Shown here in pieces: positions 6,639 to 15,431 of a DNA stretch of 39,030 nucleotides. The translations under genes and the position numbers were made by a program. How positions within the stretch are numbered: the stretch's first letter is position 1; each line of letters begins with the position of its first letter. Origin of the DNA: Spirochaetales bacterium. Its GTDB lineage: Bacteria; Spirochaetota; Spirochaetia; Sphaerochaetales; Sphaerochaetaceae. Under the pieces are notes generated by a model. That model searched no databases. It saw only the letters and a list, made by a program, of their open reading frames with translations, and had not been told where the DNA came from. The stretch spans positions 1 to 39,030 of the forward strand of contig JAAYDK010000080.1 of the NCBI GenBank assembly GCA_012729295.1, read 5' to 3'.

Positions 6639-9341
6639 ATGTCTGAAAAATCAGAAAAGTATGTATATTTTTTCGGTGAAGGAAAAGCCGAAGGCAATGC
6701 TAACATGAAGCAGATTCTCGGAGGCAAGGGCGCGAACCTGGCCGAGATGACGGCGATAGGTCTTCCGGTTCCTCCGGGTTTCACTATCAGCACCGAAGCT
6801 TGTGCATTTTACAGCGAACATAATGGAGCATATCCAAAAGGGTTGCGCGAGCAGGTGCTTGAAAACCTTGCCCAATTGGAAAAAATGATGAATGCCAAAC
6901 TGGGCGATGCACACAATCCACTGTTAGTCTCTGTACGTTCAGGAGCAGCCCAATCGATGCCGGGGATGATGGATACGGTACTGAATCTCGGCATGAGTCC
7001 GACGGCGGTAACCGGATTAATCGAAAAAACCAACAACCCCCGTTTCGCATGGGACAGTTATCGGCGCTTTATGCAGATGTTCGGCGATGTGGTGATGGGA
7101 GTTCCTCACCATGAGTTTGAAAAAGCACTTCAGAGTGTAAAGAACGATAAGAACAAGGAACTCGATACCGAACTTGATGTCGAGGATCTCAAAGAAGTAA
7201 TCGCTAAATACCGCAAGGTATACCACCGTTTTACCAAAGAAGATTTTCCAACCGACCCAATCGACCAGCTGTTTAAATCTATTGATGCCGTCTTCAGATC
7301 CTGGAATAACGACCGAGCAATCAAATACCGGCAGATGAATGACATTCGTGGTCTACTCGGAACCGCGGTAAACGTTCAGTCGATGGTATTCGGCAATATG
7401 GGCGATACCAGCGGCACCGGAGTTGCATTTACCCGCGACCCGTCAACCGGGGAAAATAAATTCTACGGCGAATATCTGATGAATGCGCAGGGCGAAGACG
7501 TAGTTGCAGGCATCAGAACCCCGCAGACAATCGACACGCTCCGCGCAGTAAATGAAGATGTATATAATCAGCTGGTCTCGATACGCGGATTGCTTGAAAA
7601 GCATTATAAGGATATGCAGGATATCGAGTTTACCATTCAGGACGGCAAGCTGTACATGCTGCAGACCCGTAACGGCAAGCGTACGATTTTTTCATGGCTG
7701 CGCACTCAGGTAGAAATGGTCGAAGAAGGGCTCATCGACAAGAAGACAGCAGTCAGTCGTGTCCCTGCAAGCGAATTCAACAAACTATTTGCTCCGGTCC
7801 TTGATGGTAAAGACATCCACGATCGTGGAATTTCAGAAGTTACCAGAGGTTTGAATGCGTCTCCCGGAGGAGCGTGTGGTCAAGTCTATTTTACCGCTGA
7901 AAAAGCCGAAGAAATGGCTGCGATTGGAAAAGACGTTATTCTTGCGCGTGCCGAGACAAGCCCCGAAGATATCGGCGGCATGGCAGTTTCGAAGGGTGTA
8001 CTAACCAGTCGCGGAGGTATGACCAGCCATGCTGCGGTAGTAGCACGCGGTATGGGATGTCCCTGCGTATCAGGTGCCGGAGAAGTCGTCATCGATTACG
8101 AAAAACACGAAATGAGAGTGAAAGGCCAAACGATTGCAGAAGGCGATTTTATTTCCATCGATGGATTTACAGGTCAAGTATTCAACGCAAAAATTCAGGT
8201 CAAACCCTCAGAAATCGTACAAGTGCTCAATGGGTCTATGAAAGCCGAAGATTCGAAACTGTTCCAAAACTATAATATGTTTATGGCCTATGTCGACGAA
8301 CTGAGAACCATGGGAGTCCGTACGAATTCCGATACACCGGTTGACGTACGTATGGCAGTCAAACTTGGAGCGGAAGGCATCGGATTGTGCAGAACCGAGC
8401 ATATGTTCTTCGGCGGACAAAGAATCATCAGCATTAGAAAGATGATTCTTGCAAACAACAAGATTGATCGCGAAAAGGCGCTTGCCGAGTTACTGCCCAT
8501 GCAGCGCGGCGATTTCGAAGAAATCTTTACCGAGTTGAACGGACTTCCTGCAACCATCCGGTTGCTTGACCCTCCACTCCATGAATTCTTACCAAACGAC
8601 CACACAAGCCGTCACGAAATGGCGTTGCAACTGCATATCTCTGTCGAAGAAATCGCTCAGAAGATTGCATTGCTGCACGAGTTCAATCCGATGCTCGGAT
8701 TCAGAGGTTGTCGTCTGGCAATCATCTATCCCGAGATTCTTCACATGCAGGTCCGTGCCATTATTGAGGCGGCAATCAATGTGAAACGCAGAGGAATCAA
8801 CGTACATCCGGAAATCATGATTCCGCTGATCGGACATTATAAGGAGTTTGAATTTACTAAAAAGCATGCATTGGCTACGATAGAGGCAGTTTTTGCTGAA
8901 ATGAAGGATTCGGTTCCGTTCAAAATCGGTACGATGATCGAAGTACCGAGAGCCGCGATAACCGCCGATGAAATTGCTCGTTCTGCTGAATTCTTCAGCT
9001 TCGGGACCAACGATCTTACCCAGATGACTTGCGGATTCAGCAGAGATGATGCAGCGAGCTTCCTGGGACCGTACGTAAACGACTCGGACAAGCAGTTCTA
9101 TGAATATGATCCGTTTGCTACGATCGACATCGACGGTGTAGGGAAAATGGTAAAGATCGCAACCGATCTAGGACGTGCTACGAATCCAAAGATCAAATTG
9201 GGAATCTGTGGCGAACACGGAGGAGATCCTAAGACAATCGCGTTCTGTCAGTCGATCGGACTCGATTATGTATCTTGTTCGCCGTTCAGAGTACCGGTAG
9301 CCAGACTTGCCGCGGCGCAGGCTGCACTCGGACAGAAATAA
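6639..9341 (+). CDS. ppdK: pyruvate, phosphate dikinase
   Basis: 900-aa ORF. The N-terminus YVYFFGEGKAEGNANMKQILGGKGANLAEMTAIGLPVPPGFTIST, the phosphohistidine region GGMTSHAAVVARGMG, and the PEP/pyruvate domain (GICGEHGGDP) are collinear with PPDK. Confidence 0.97.
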   Translation: MSEKSEKYVYFFGEGKAEGNANMKQILGGKGANLAEMTAIGLPVPPGFTISTEACAFYSEHNGAYPKGLREQVLENLAQLEKMMNAKLGDAHNPLLVSVRSGAAQSMPGMMDTVLNLGMSPTAVTGLIEKTNNPRFAWDSYRRFMQMFGDVVMGVPHHEFEKALQSVKNDKNKELDTELDVEDLKEVIAKYRKVYHRFTKEDFPTDPIDQLFKSIDAVFRSWNNDRAIKYRQMNDIRGLLGTAVNVQSMVFGNMGDTSGTGVAFTRDPSTGENKFYGEYLMNAQGEDVVAGIRTPQTIDTLRAVNEDVYNQLVSIRGLLEKHYKDMQDIEFTIQDGKLYMLQTRNGKRTIFSWLRTQVEMVEEGLIDKKTAVSRVPASEFNKLFAPVLDGKDIHDRGISEVTRGLNASPGGACGQVYFTAEKAEEMAAIGKDVILARAETSPEDIGGMAVSKGVLTSRGGMTSHAAVVARGMGCPCVSGAGEVVIDYEKHEMRVKGQTIAEGDFISIDGFTGQVFNAKIQVKPSEIVQVLNGSMKAEDSKLFQNYNMFMAYVDELRTMGVRTNSDTPVDVRMAVKLGAEGIGLCRTEHMFFGGQRIISIRKMILANNKIDREKALAELLPMQRGDFEEIFTELNGLPATIRLLDPPLHEFLPNDHTSRHEMALQLHISVEEIAQKIALLHEFNPMLGFRGCRLAIIYPEILHMQVRAIIEAAINVKRRGINVHPEIMIPLIGHYKEFEFTKKHALATIEAVFAEMKDSVPFKIGTMIEVPRAAITADEIARSAEFFSFGTNDLTQMTCGFSRDDAASFLGPYVNDSDKQFYEYDPFATIDIDGVGKMVKIATDLGRATNPKIKLGICGEHGGDPKTIAFCQSIGLDYVSCSPFRVPVARLAAAQAALGQK

Positions 9342-9366
9342 TCTAAGCTACGTTTGTATCATGCGG

Positions 9367-9385
9367 GCCGTCTCACATAGACGGC
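9367..9385 (+). terminator. hairpin after ppdK (candidate terminator)
   Basis: GCCGTCT-cacat-AGACGGC followed by tcgaatttta, a weak U-tract. Confidence 0.5.
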
Positions 9386-9455
9386 TCGAATTTTATGTAC
9401 GTATTGATGAATCTTGCTGTAAACTGAACAAAAATCCTTTGCATGAGAGGAGACT

Positions 9456-10003
9456 ATGGGTGTTACCTATCTTGAAACTGTTAAACCAGAAGTAATCCGT
9501 ACAGTCGCATTGCGGATGATGGCTGCTGCCCGTACAGCTCCGAAGACGCGGGGTAGGGACCATATCGTCACTGCTGTCGTAAGCGACGATGTAAAAATGA
9601 CGCTTGTAGCACACATGCGCCTTATGGTCGATGAGCATAGAGCCGATGATTTTTTATTCGAGACGCAGCAAATCTGGAAACCGCTGACGGCTTGATTCTC
9701 ATCGGTGTAAAAATCCAGCCAATGTATTTTGATACGTGCGGCCTCTGCGGATGGAAAAATTGCGAAGAGAAATCGATGCATCCGGATTTTCCCTGTGTAT
9801 TCAATACCAGCGATTTAGGAACTGCAGTATGTAGCGCAGCTGCCGTCGCATCGGACGAGCGTATCGATAATCGAATCATGTTTTCGGTAGGGATGGCAGC
9901 AAGAGATCTACAATTGCTTGGAGAAGACGTGAAAATCGTATATGGTATCGGGCTTTCGATATCAGGTAAAAACATATTTTTTGATCGAATACCAATAAAA
10001 TAA
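9456..10003 (+). pseudogene. DUF2148-family (ferredoxin-domain-like) protein gene with a -1 frameshift in a T5 run (ORFs 9456..9695 and 9692..10003)
   Basis: GAGGAG RBS. The N-terminal part (AARTAPKTRGRDHI) and C-terminal part (LILIGV...CGLCGWKNC...DLGTAVCSAAAVA...IDNRIMFSVGMAA...GIGLSISGKNIFFDR) match a single DUF2148 protein but lie in different frames. The second frame is open from 9650 and the frames join at TTTTT 9651..9655 (…HRADDF|FIRDAANLETADGLILIGV…). Confidence 0.7.
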
Positions 10004-10006
10004 AAC

Positions 10007-10034
10007 GCCCTCGGAATTTCGTATCTCCGAGGGC
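10007..10034. terminator. stem-loop between the DUF2148 gene and convergent tRNA-Thr
   Basis: GCCCTCGGA-atttcgtatc-TCCGAGGGC is a perfect 9-bp stem. Confidence 0.6.
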
Positions 10035-10037
10035 TGT

Positions 10038-10109
10038 AGCCAAAAGTGGGAATTGAACCCACGACCTGCGCATTACGAGTGCGCTGCTCTACCGCTGAGC
10101 TATTTTGGC
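10038..10109 (-). tRNA. tRNA-Thr (anticodon CGT)
   Basis: The minus strand reads GCCAAAATAGCTCAGCGGTAGAGCAGCGCACTCGTAATGCGCAGGTCGTGGGTTCAATTCCCACTTTTGGCT and folds as a full cloverleaf. Anticodon loop is CT-CGT-AA and the T-loop is GGTTCAATTCC. No CCA is encoded. Confidence 0.93.
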
Positions 10110-10225
10110 ATGCTTGCGAACGGCACTAAGGTAACGGATTTTACTCGGAAATGCAAGGGGGCGCATTACCTATTGACGAACTTCACGCAAGTCCGTACTG
10201 TAGTGCCTAAGGGAAACCCCTTGAA

Positions 10226-10450
10226 ATGGAGTTTATTCTGGATAAAAAACCTTCCCGGCAAAGAGCCGAGTCATCGATACCCGAAGAAGTTGTCCTTAAA
10301 GTTCGTCTGAAGCGCAGACCACTGGTCCAGGGAGAGTCCTGGACCCCTCTCGTCGCCGACTTTTTCATGGATTTATATCCGGATATGATCGAAAACGGAT
10401 CTACGCTTTCCGACATATCCATGTTGTTCGAAGAGGATGACGACACATGA
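10226..10450 (+). CDS. small hypothetical protein (74 aa, acidic C-terminus) translationally coupled to tsaD
   Basis: Its stop overlaps the tsaD ATG (ATGA at 10447..10450). The RBS is weak and no homology is recognised. Confidence 0.3.
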   Translation: MEFILDKKPSRQRAESSIPEEVVLKVRLKRRPLVQGESWTPLVADFFMDLYPDMIENGSTLSDISMLFEEDDDT

Positions 10451-11460
10451 GAGTTCTTGGCATCGAAACCTCCTGCGATGAATGTTCCGCCGCTGTCGTG
10501 GTGGACTCCTCAGTCATCCTAAGCAATGTTATTGCCACTCAGATAGAATTGCATCGTCCGTATCAAGGTGTAGTTCCCGAGATTGCATCAAGACTCCATA
10601 CTGAATGGATTGCCCAAGTAGTTCGTTCAGCCATTCGCCAGGCGGGACTGGGAGTTGAAGATATCGATGCGGTTGCTGTCACGAATCGCCCGGGCTTGCT
10701 TGGTTCGCTGTTGGTAGGTGTAAATTTTGCTCAGGCGTTTGCTGCGGCAAGAAATATTCCACTCGTAGGAATCGACCATATCCGAGCTCACCTATACGCT
10801 TCACAAATCGAACATCCGCTTGAATATCCATATCTGGGGGTTCTCATTTCCGGTGGACATACGATTATCTGCAAGGTTAACTCGTACGATGACATTGACG
10901 TGCTTGGAACGACAATAGACGATGCAATCGGTGAAGCTTTCGACAAGGTCGCCAAGCACTACAAGCTCGGGTATCCCGGCGGTGTAGTGATAGACAGACT
11001 GGCCAAGCAAGGAGATCCTTACGCATTTTTATTCACCGAGCCCGTATTGCAAAAAGGCTCTCATCCATACGATGTATCGTACTCCGGGCTTAAGACTGCG
11101 GTCATCAACCAGCTCGAGCAGTTCAGAAATAAAAACGCTCCGATTACTGCCGAAAATATCGCTGCATCGTTCCAGCGAGTCGCGGTAGGTTTATTAGTCA
11201 AACGGGTAAGAAAAGCACTTGAGGACACAGGTCTGAAACGTTTGGCCGCTGGCGGTGGAGTTGCCGCAAATACGCTGGTGAGAAAAGAATTAACCGCCAT
11301 CGAGGGAATTGAAATTGCATTCCCTTCGATGAAATTATGCACCGATAACGGCGCCATGATTGCAGCTCTTGGATATCAATATCTACGAGACAAAAACTAT
11401 GACGGATATGCACTGAATGTCTCGGCACGAGTTGCCGCCTTCAAGCGCTCGTATCCTTGA
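10447..11460 (+). CDS. tsaD: tRNA N6-adenosine threonylcarbamoyltransferase TsaD (Kae1/Gcp family)
   Basis: MRVLGIETSCDECSAAVV..., VTNRPGLLGSLLVGVNFA, HIRAHLY, LISGGHT and LCTDNGAMIA are classic TsaD motifs. Confidence 0.95.
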   Translation: MRVLGIETSCDECSAAVVVDSSVILSNVIATQIELHRPYQGVVPEIASRLHTEWIAQVVRSAIRQAGLGVEDIDAVAVTNRPGLLGSLLVGVNFAQAFAAARNIPLVGIDHIRAHLYASQIEHPLEYPYLGVLISGGHTIICKVNSYDDIDVLGTTIDDAIGEAFDKVAKHYKLGYPGGVVIDRLAKQGDPYAFLFTEPVLQKGSHPYDVSYSGLKTAVINQLEQFRNKNAPITAENIAASFQRVAVGLLVKRVRKALEDTGLKRLAAGGGVAANTLVRKELTAIEGIEIAFPSMKLCTDNGAMIAALGYQYLRDKNYDGYALNVSARVAAFKRSYP

Positions 11461-11487
11461 AGTCTTCAAGCGCTCGTATCCTTGAAG
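11439..11487 (+). repeat. perfect 24-nt tandem direct repeat (period 25) spanning the tsaD stop codon; each unit is itself a hairpin
   Basis: CTTCAAGCGCTCGTATCCTTGAAG occurs at 11439..11462 and again at 11464..11487. Within each unit, CTTCAAG and CTTGAAG are reverse complements (7-bp stem, 10-nt loop). Confidence 0.95.
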
Positions 11488-11490
11488 GAC

Positions 11491-11519
11491 TTGACAATAT
11501 CGCCTTGTTTCATTACATT
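11491..11519 (+). promoter_or_regulatory. predicted sigma-70 promoter of the tRNA-Gln/tRNA-Glu pair (TTGACA-17-TACATT)
   Basis: TTGACA at 11491..11496 and TACATT at 11514..11519, about 19 nt upstream of the tRNA-Gln 5' end. The hexamers are the same as in the ppdK promoter. Confidence 0.65.
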
Positions 11520-11537
11520 GCAACAGGATTTCAACGA

Positions 11538-11608
11538 TGGGATGTAGTGTAATGGTAACACTGCAGATTCTGGTTCTGCCTTTAGGGGTTCGAGTCCCTT
11601 CATCCCAG
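11538..11608 (+). tRNA. tRNA-Gln (anticodon CTG)
   Basis: TGGGATGTAGTGTAATGGTAACACTGCAGATTCTGGTTCTGCCTTTAGGGGTTCGAGTCCCTTCATCCCAG. It has a U1-A72 pair and a G73 discriminator as in bacterial tRNA-Gln. Anticodon loop is TT-CTG-GT. Confidence 0.9.
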
Positions 11609-11616
11609 ATTGCCGT

Positions 11617-11688
11617 GGTCCCTTCGTCTATCGGCTAGGACAAGAGATTCTCAGTCTCTAGAGAGGGGTTCGATTCCCCTAGGGACTA
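11617..11688 (+). tRNA. tRNA-Glu (anticodon CTC)
   Basis: GGTCCCTTCGTCTATCGGCTAGGACAAGAGATTCTCAGTCTCTAGAGAGGGGTTCGATTCCCCTAGGGACTA is collinear with bacterial tRNA-Glu. Anticodon loop is TT-CTC-AG. Confidence 0.9.
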
Positions 11689-11690
11689 AA

Positions 11691-11716
11691 GCCAGCCTCA
11701 ACGGGCTGGCTTTTTC
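11691..11716 (+). terminator. rho-independent terminator after the tRNA pair
   Basis: GCCAGCC-tcaacg-GGCTGGC followed by TTTTT. Confidence 0.8.
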
Positions 11717-11755
11717 ATGCAAATATGTGTAAAATTGGCTCGCAAAGGAATTGAG

Positions 11756-13393
11756 ATGATTACTGCTTCGAATGTTTCATTATCGTACGGAACCCAGGTA
11801 CTCTTTAAGGAAGTGAACATCAAGTTCACGCCAGGCAACTGCTATGGCATCATCGGTGCCAACGGTGCGGGTAAATCGACATTTCTCAAAATATTGTCCG
11901 GTGAAATCGAACCTGATGTTGGTGAAATCATCGTTACGCCAGGAGAGCGGATGGCCGTGTTGAAACAGGATCATTTCGCCTTCAACGAGTTTACCGTACT
12001 CGAAACGGTAATCATGGGCTATGAGCGTCTGTACAGCGTGATGAAAGAACGCGACAATCTCTATGCTAAAAGTGATTTTTCAGAAGAAGACGGTATCAGG
12101 GCTGCAGAACTCGAAGGCATCTTTGCAGAAATCGGCGGTTGGGAAGCAGAAGCGCAAGCTGCAATCATGCTAAGCGGATTGGGGATTCCTGAAAAGGTTC
12201 AGAATTCGAAGATGTCAGATATCGAAGATAATCTGAAAGTCCGTGTCCTACTCGCACAAGCGTTGTTCGGTAATCCTGACATTCTGCTGCTAGATGAGCC
12301 GACGAACCACCTGGATCTTGAATCGATTCACTGGCTTGAAAACTTTATCGAGTCGTTTAACAACACCGTCATTGTCGTTTCCCATGATAGACATTTTCTT
12401 AATTCGGTTTGTACCCATATCGCAGACATCGATTACGGCAAAATCCAGCTGTACGTCGGTAACTATGACTTCTGGTACCTATCGAGCCAGCTTGCAGCCA
12501 AGCAGATGAAGGATGAAAAACGCCGTCGCGAGGATAAAATTGCAGAACTGAAGGAATTTATCCAACGTTTTAGCTCGAATCTTTCAAAAGCTCGCCAGGC
12601 AACGAGCAGAAAAAAGCTGATCGACAAGCTGACCATAGACGATATCAAACCCTCTTCGAGAAAGTTCCCGTACGTAGCGTTCAAGCCTGAACGTGAATGC
12701 GGAAAGAACATACTCGAGGTAAAAAATCTTTGTAAAACGATAGACGGGGAAAAGATACTCGATAATTTCAATCTCACGGTACATAATGGAGACAAAATTG
12801 CATTTGTCGGACCGAACCACTTTTCTAAAACGGTGTTCTTTCAAATCATCAGTGGCAGAATGGAAAGCGACAGCGGGAGCATCGAGTGGGGCGTTACGAC
12901 AAAGCAGAGTTATTTTCCAAAGGATAATGCCTATTATTTTACCGAACACCTGACGATAACCGATTGGCTCAGGCAATTCTCCATAGAGAAAGACGATACA
13001 TTCGTACGTTCGTTTCTCGGGCGTATGCTGTTCAGTGGCGATGAATCTTTGAAAGACTGCACCGTTCTCAGCGGAGGGGAAAAAGTCCGCTGCATCCTGG
13101 CTAAGATGATGCTCGAAGCAGCTAATGTACTGATTTTCGATGAGCCGACTAGTCATCTAGACCTTGAAGCAATCAGCTCGCTCAATGATGCGCTTATATC
13201 CTTTACCGGAGTACTTCTGTTTAATAGCCACGACCATCAGTTTGTCGAGACGATTGCCAACCGTATCATCGAGTTTGCGCCGAACGGTAATATTATCGAC
13301 CGCATGATGGGTCTCGAAGACTATCTGGCCAACGAGGATGTCCTTATGTTGCGTGATACGTATTACGGCAAACACAGCGGAGTGACCATATAG
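11756..13393 (+). CDS. ABC-F family ATPase (YbiT-like; two ABC domains, no transmembrane domain)
   Basis: The product starts MITASNVSLSYGTQVLFKEVNIKFTPGNCYGIIGANGAGKSTFLKIL. It has two Walker A, signature (LSGG) and Walker B (LLLDEPTNHLD, LIFDEPTSHLD) sets with a charged inter-domain linker. An AAGGAA RBS precedes the ATG at 11756; the track start at 11717 is an extension. Confidence 0.88.
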   Translation: MITASNVSLSYGTQVLFKEVNIKFTPGNCYGIIGANGAGKSTFLKILSGEIEPDVGEIIVTPGERMAVLKQDHFAFNEFTVLETVIMGYERLYSVMKERDNLYAKSDFSEEDGIRAAELEGIFAEIGGWEAEAQAAIMLSGLGIPEKVQNSKMSDIEDNLKVRVLLAQALFGNPDILLLDEPTNHLDLESIHWLENFIESFNNTVIVVSHDRHFLNSVCTHIADIDYGKIQLYVGNYDFWYLSSQLAAKQMKDEKRRREDKIAELKEFIQRFSSNLSKARQATSRKKLIDKLTIDDIKPSSRKFPYVAFKPERECGKNILEVKNLCKTIDGEKILDNFNLTVHNGDKIAFVGPNHFSKTVFFQIISGRMESDSGSIEWGVTTKQSYFPKDNAYYFTEHLTITDWLRQFSIEKDDTFVRSFLGRMLFSGDESLKDCTVLSGGEKVRCILAKMMLEAANVLIFDEPTSHLDLEAISSLNDALISFTGVLLFNSHDHQFVETIANRIIEFAPNGNIIDRMMGLEDYLANEDVLMLRDTYYGKHSGVTI

Positions 13394-13412
13394 GCCAAAA
13401 AGGAGAATCGCT

Positions 13413-14183
13413 ATGCTTTTGATCATTGATATCGGCAATACCAATGTGGTGATGGCGGTGCACGACGGCAAAACATGGGTAAAAAATTGGCGTATCTATA
13501 GTGATGCGAAAAAGACGAGCGACGAATATTACGTAATCGTTGAACGGTTGCTAGTCAATAATGGTTGTAATCCATCGGATATCGACCATGCCGTCATCTG
13601 TTCGGTCGTACCCAATCTAACGCGGGCTTTCCAAAAGGTCGTACTGCAATTTACCGGCTGTGAACCGTTTATGGTATCTCACGATACATGCCCGGGTATC
13701 GATCGCATCAGCATTCCTTCTGAATTAGGCTACGACATGCTGGCCAATGCGGTCGCAGCCAGGCAGATGTTTCCCGATCAGGCTGTAGCGGTACTAGATT
13801 TCGGTACCGCTCTTACATTTACCGTCGTATCATCGGATGGGAAACTTCTCGGTGCCACGCTGGCTCCTGGATTGATTACCGCGGTCAATTCTCTGTTTCT
13901 CAACACAGCTCAAATTCCGCAAGTACAACTGAGAATACCGGATAAAGTCGTGGGGCGGGATTCCGAACAATCGATTCGTAGCGGCATCATGTTCGGTTAC
14001 AGCGGGCTTGTCAAAGAACTCATTTCGAAAACAGAAGAAGAAATCGGCTGCAAACTAAAAATCATAGCAACCGGCGGCCTGTCCAGCACCATAGCACCGC
14101 TCATCGGTCGAATCGATGTTCTGTCTCCGCTTCATACGCTGGAAGGACTGCGCCTAATGGTTGCTTCAAGAAAAACTAGATGA
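13413..14183 (+). CDS. coaX: type III pantothenate kinase
   Basis: MLLIIDIGNTNVVMAV..., LDFGTALTFTV and ATGGL motifs. 256 aa. AAGGAG RBS. Confidence 0.9.
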   Translation: MLLIIDIGNTNVVMAVHDGKTWVKNWRIYSDAKKTSDEYYVIVERLLVNNGCNPSDIDHAVICSVVPNLTRAFQKVVLQFTGCEPFMVSHDTCPGIDRISIPSELGYDMLANAVAARQMFPDQAVAVLDFGTALTFTVVSSDGKLLGATLAPGLITAVNSLFLNTAQIPQVQLRIPDKVVGRDSEQSIRSGIMFGYSGLVKELISKTEEEIGCKLKIIATGGLSSTIAPLIGRIDVLSPLHTLEGLRLMVASRKTR

Positions 14184-15405
14184 CGAACCGTCCCTGTACC
14201 ATAATCGGTACTTCAATATTGTCCCGGGTGATAGCACTAACATTCGTCTGATGTGAGCCGACCATGAAATCGGTATGTACGAGCGAGGTGTTGCATCCTG
14301 CTTCATGTAGCTGAGCGTCTGTGGTAAGCGAACTTCCATGTGTCAGACAACTCGGATACCCTGCTCCCAGCGCCAGATGACAGGAAGCGTTCTCGTCATA
14401 TAAAATCGATCCAAAAACTCTCTTGCTTCTGGCCAAAGGCGAGGACTCGTCGACCAATGCGACTTCACCCAAGCGCCTGGCACCGTCGTCTATCGACAGA
14501 AAACGTTCCATCAACTCCTGCCCGATACGAGCGGTACACCGTGTGACTAGGCCGTGGCTGAATTCGAGCGTTACGTCTTCTACAAGCGAATCGAGGACCG
14601 ATACGGGACGGGTAGTGTGTACGTGTCCGTCAACGGCAGACAGGTCCGGAACCGTAAATACTTCCTCGGTAGGAATATTAGGGAGGAACCAAGTTCCGTT
14701 CGGAAGAGGATCCCCGCCTCCGAACCAACGATGCTCTTGTCTGAAGCCGATTGTCAGATCCGTTTTATCGCCTGTAAAGTGGAGCGTCTTGATGTGAAGG
14801 TCGTTCAGCTTGCTGCATCGCTTCATCAATGTGTTCGAATGATTGGTCCAGGCTTGATTCGGATCGTCGGTATCGAGACGTAAAATCGGAATAAGGATAT
14901 CCCATAATTCCTCTTCGGTTGCCTTTTCTCCCAATACGTTTCGAGCCCAGACTGGGCCGGGGGCGCAGATGACGCACCACGGATGTTCATGGCGCATCCG
15001 GCTTTGGCGGTATAGTCTGCTGTTACGGCTTGCCGCGCTGCGAATCGCCGATAATTTTGACGGATCGGCATCGCTGAGCCATGTACGGTCTTCCGTATTG
15101 TCTATGCGTACAAACGCCCAATCCTTCACCATCATCTCATAATCGATTATCTTTTGAAAATCGGGGATTTCCTGAAGTTCGGATTCGCTTTGACAATCGA
15201 TTCGTGTCTTCGTCAGTTGAGGGTCGTCGATATCGATAAGAACTTGCAGAGCTCCGCCTTTGTATGCCTGTTTGGCAACCATTCGGGCAAATTCATATGT
15301 TCCGATACCGGTCTTGATAAAGAGCGACTGGCCTTTACGCAACGCCACTCCGCTTTGTACGACCAATTGTGCATATTTTTCGGCAAAATGTTGATAGGAT
15401 TTCAT
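14176..15405 (-). CDS. M29-family aminopeptidase (AmpS/PepS/aminopeptidase T type), canonical copy
   Basis: 409 aa. PNIPTEEVFTVPD, LGEVALVDESSP, YDENASCHLALGAGY and LVHTDFMVGS are family motifs. GGAGGA RBS. Confidence 0.85.
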   Translation of the reverse strand: MKSYQHFAEKYAQLVVQSGVALRKGQSLFIKTGIGTYEFARMVAKQAYKGGALQVLIDIDDPQLTKTRIDCQSESELQEIPDFQKIIDYEMMVKDWAFVRIDNTEDRTWLSDADPSKLSAIRSAASRNSRLYRQSRMRHEHPWCVICAPGPVWARNVLGEKATEEELWDILIPILRLDTDDPNQAWTNHSNTLMKRCSKLNDLHIKTLHFTGDKTDLTIGFRQEHRWFGGGDPLPNGTWFLPNIPTEEVFTVPDLSAVDGHVHTTRPVSVLDSLVEDVTLEFSHGLVTRCTARIGQELMERFLSIDDGARRLGEVALVDESSPLARSKRVFGSILYDENASCHLALGAGYPSCLTHGSSLTTDAQLHEAGCNTSLVHTDFMVGSHQTNVSAITRDNIEVPIMVQGRFVI

Positions 15406-15431
15406 GATTCCTCCATGTCTGAATGCAGAAT

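Noticed and set aside
9622-10062. 146-aa minus-strand ORF spanning the DUF2148 gene and running into tRNA-Thr.
   Set aside because: It overlaps a tRNA gene and a terminator hairpin and is antisense to a recognisable DUF2148 coding sequence. It has no independent support.
12584-13156. 190-aa ORF antisense to the ABC-F ATPase gene.
   Set aside because: It lies entirely inside a well-supported, motif-rich gene on the opposite strand. It has no RBS and no recognisable motifs. Long antisense ORFs of this kind are a normal by-product of codon bias.
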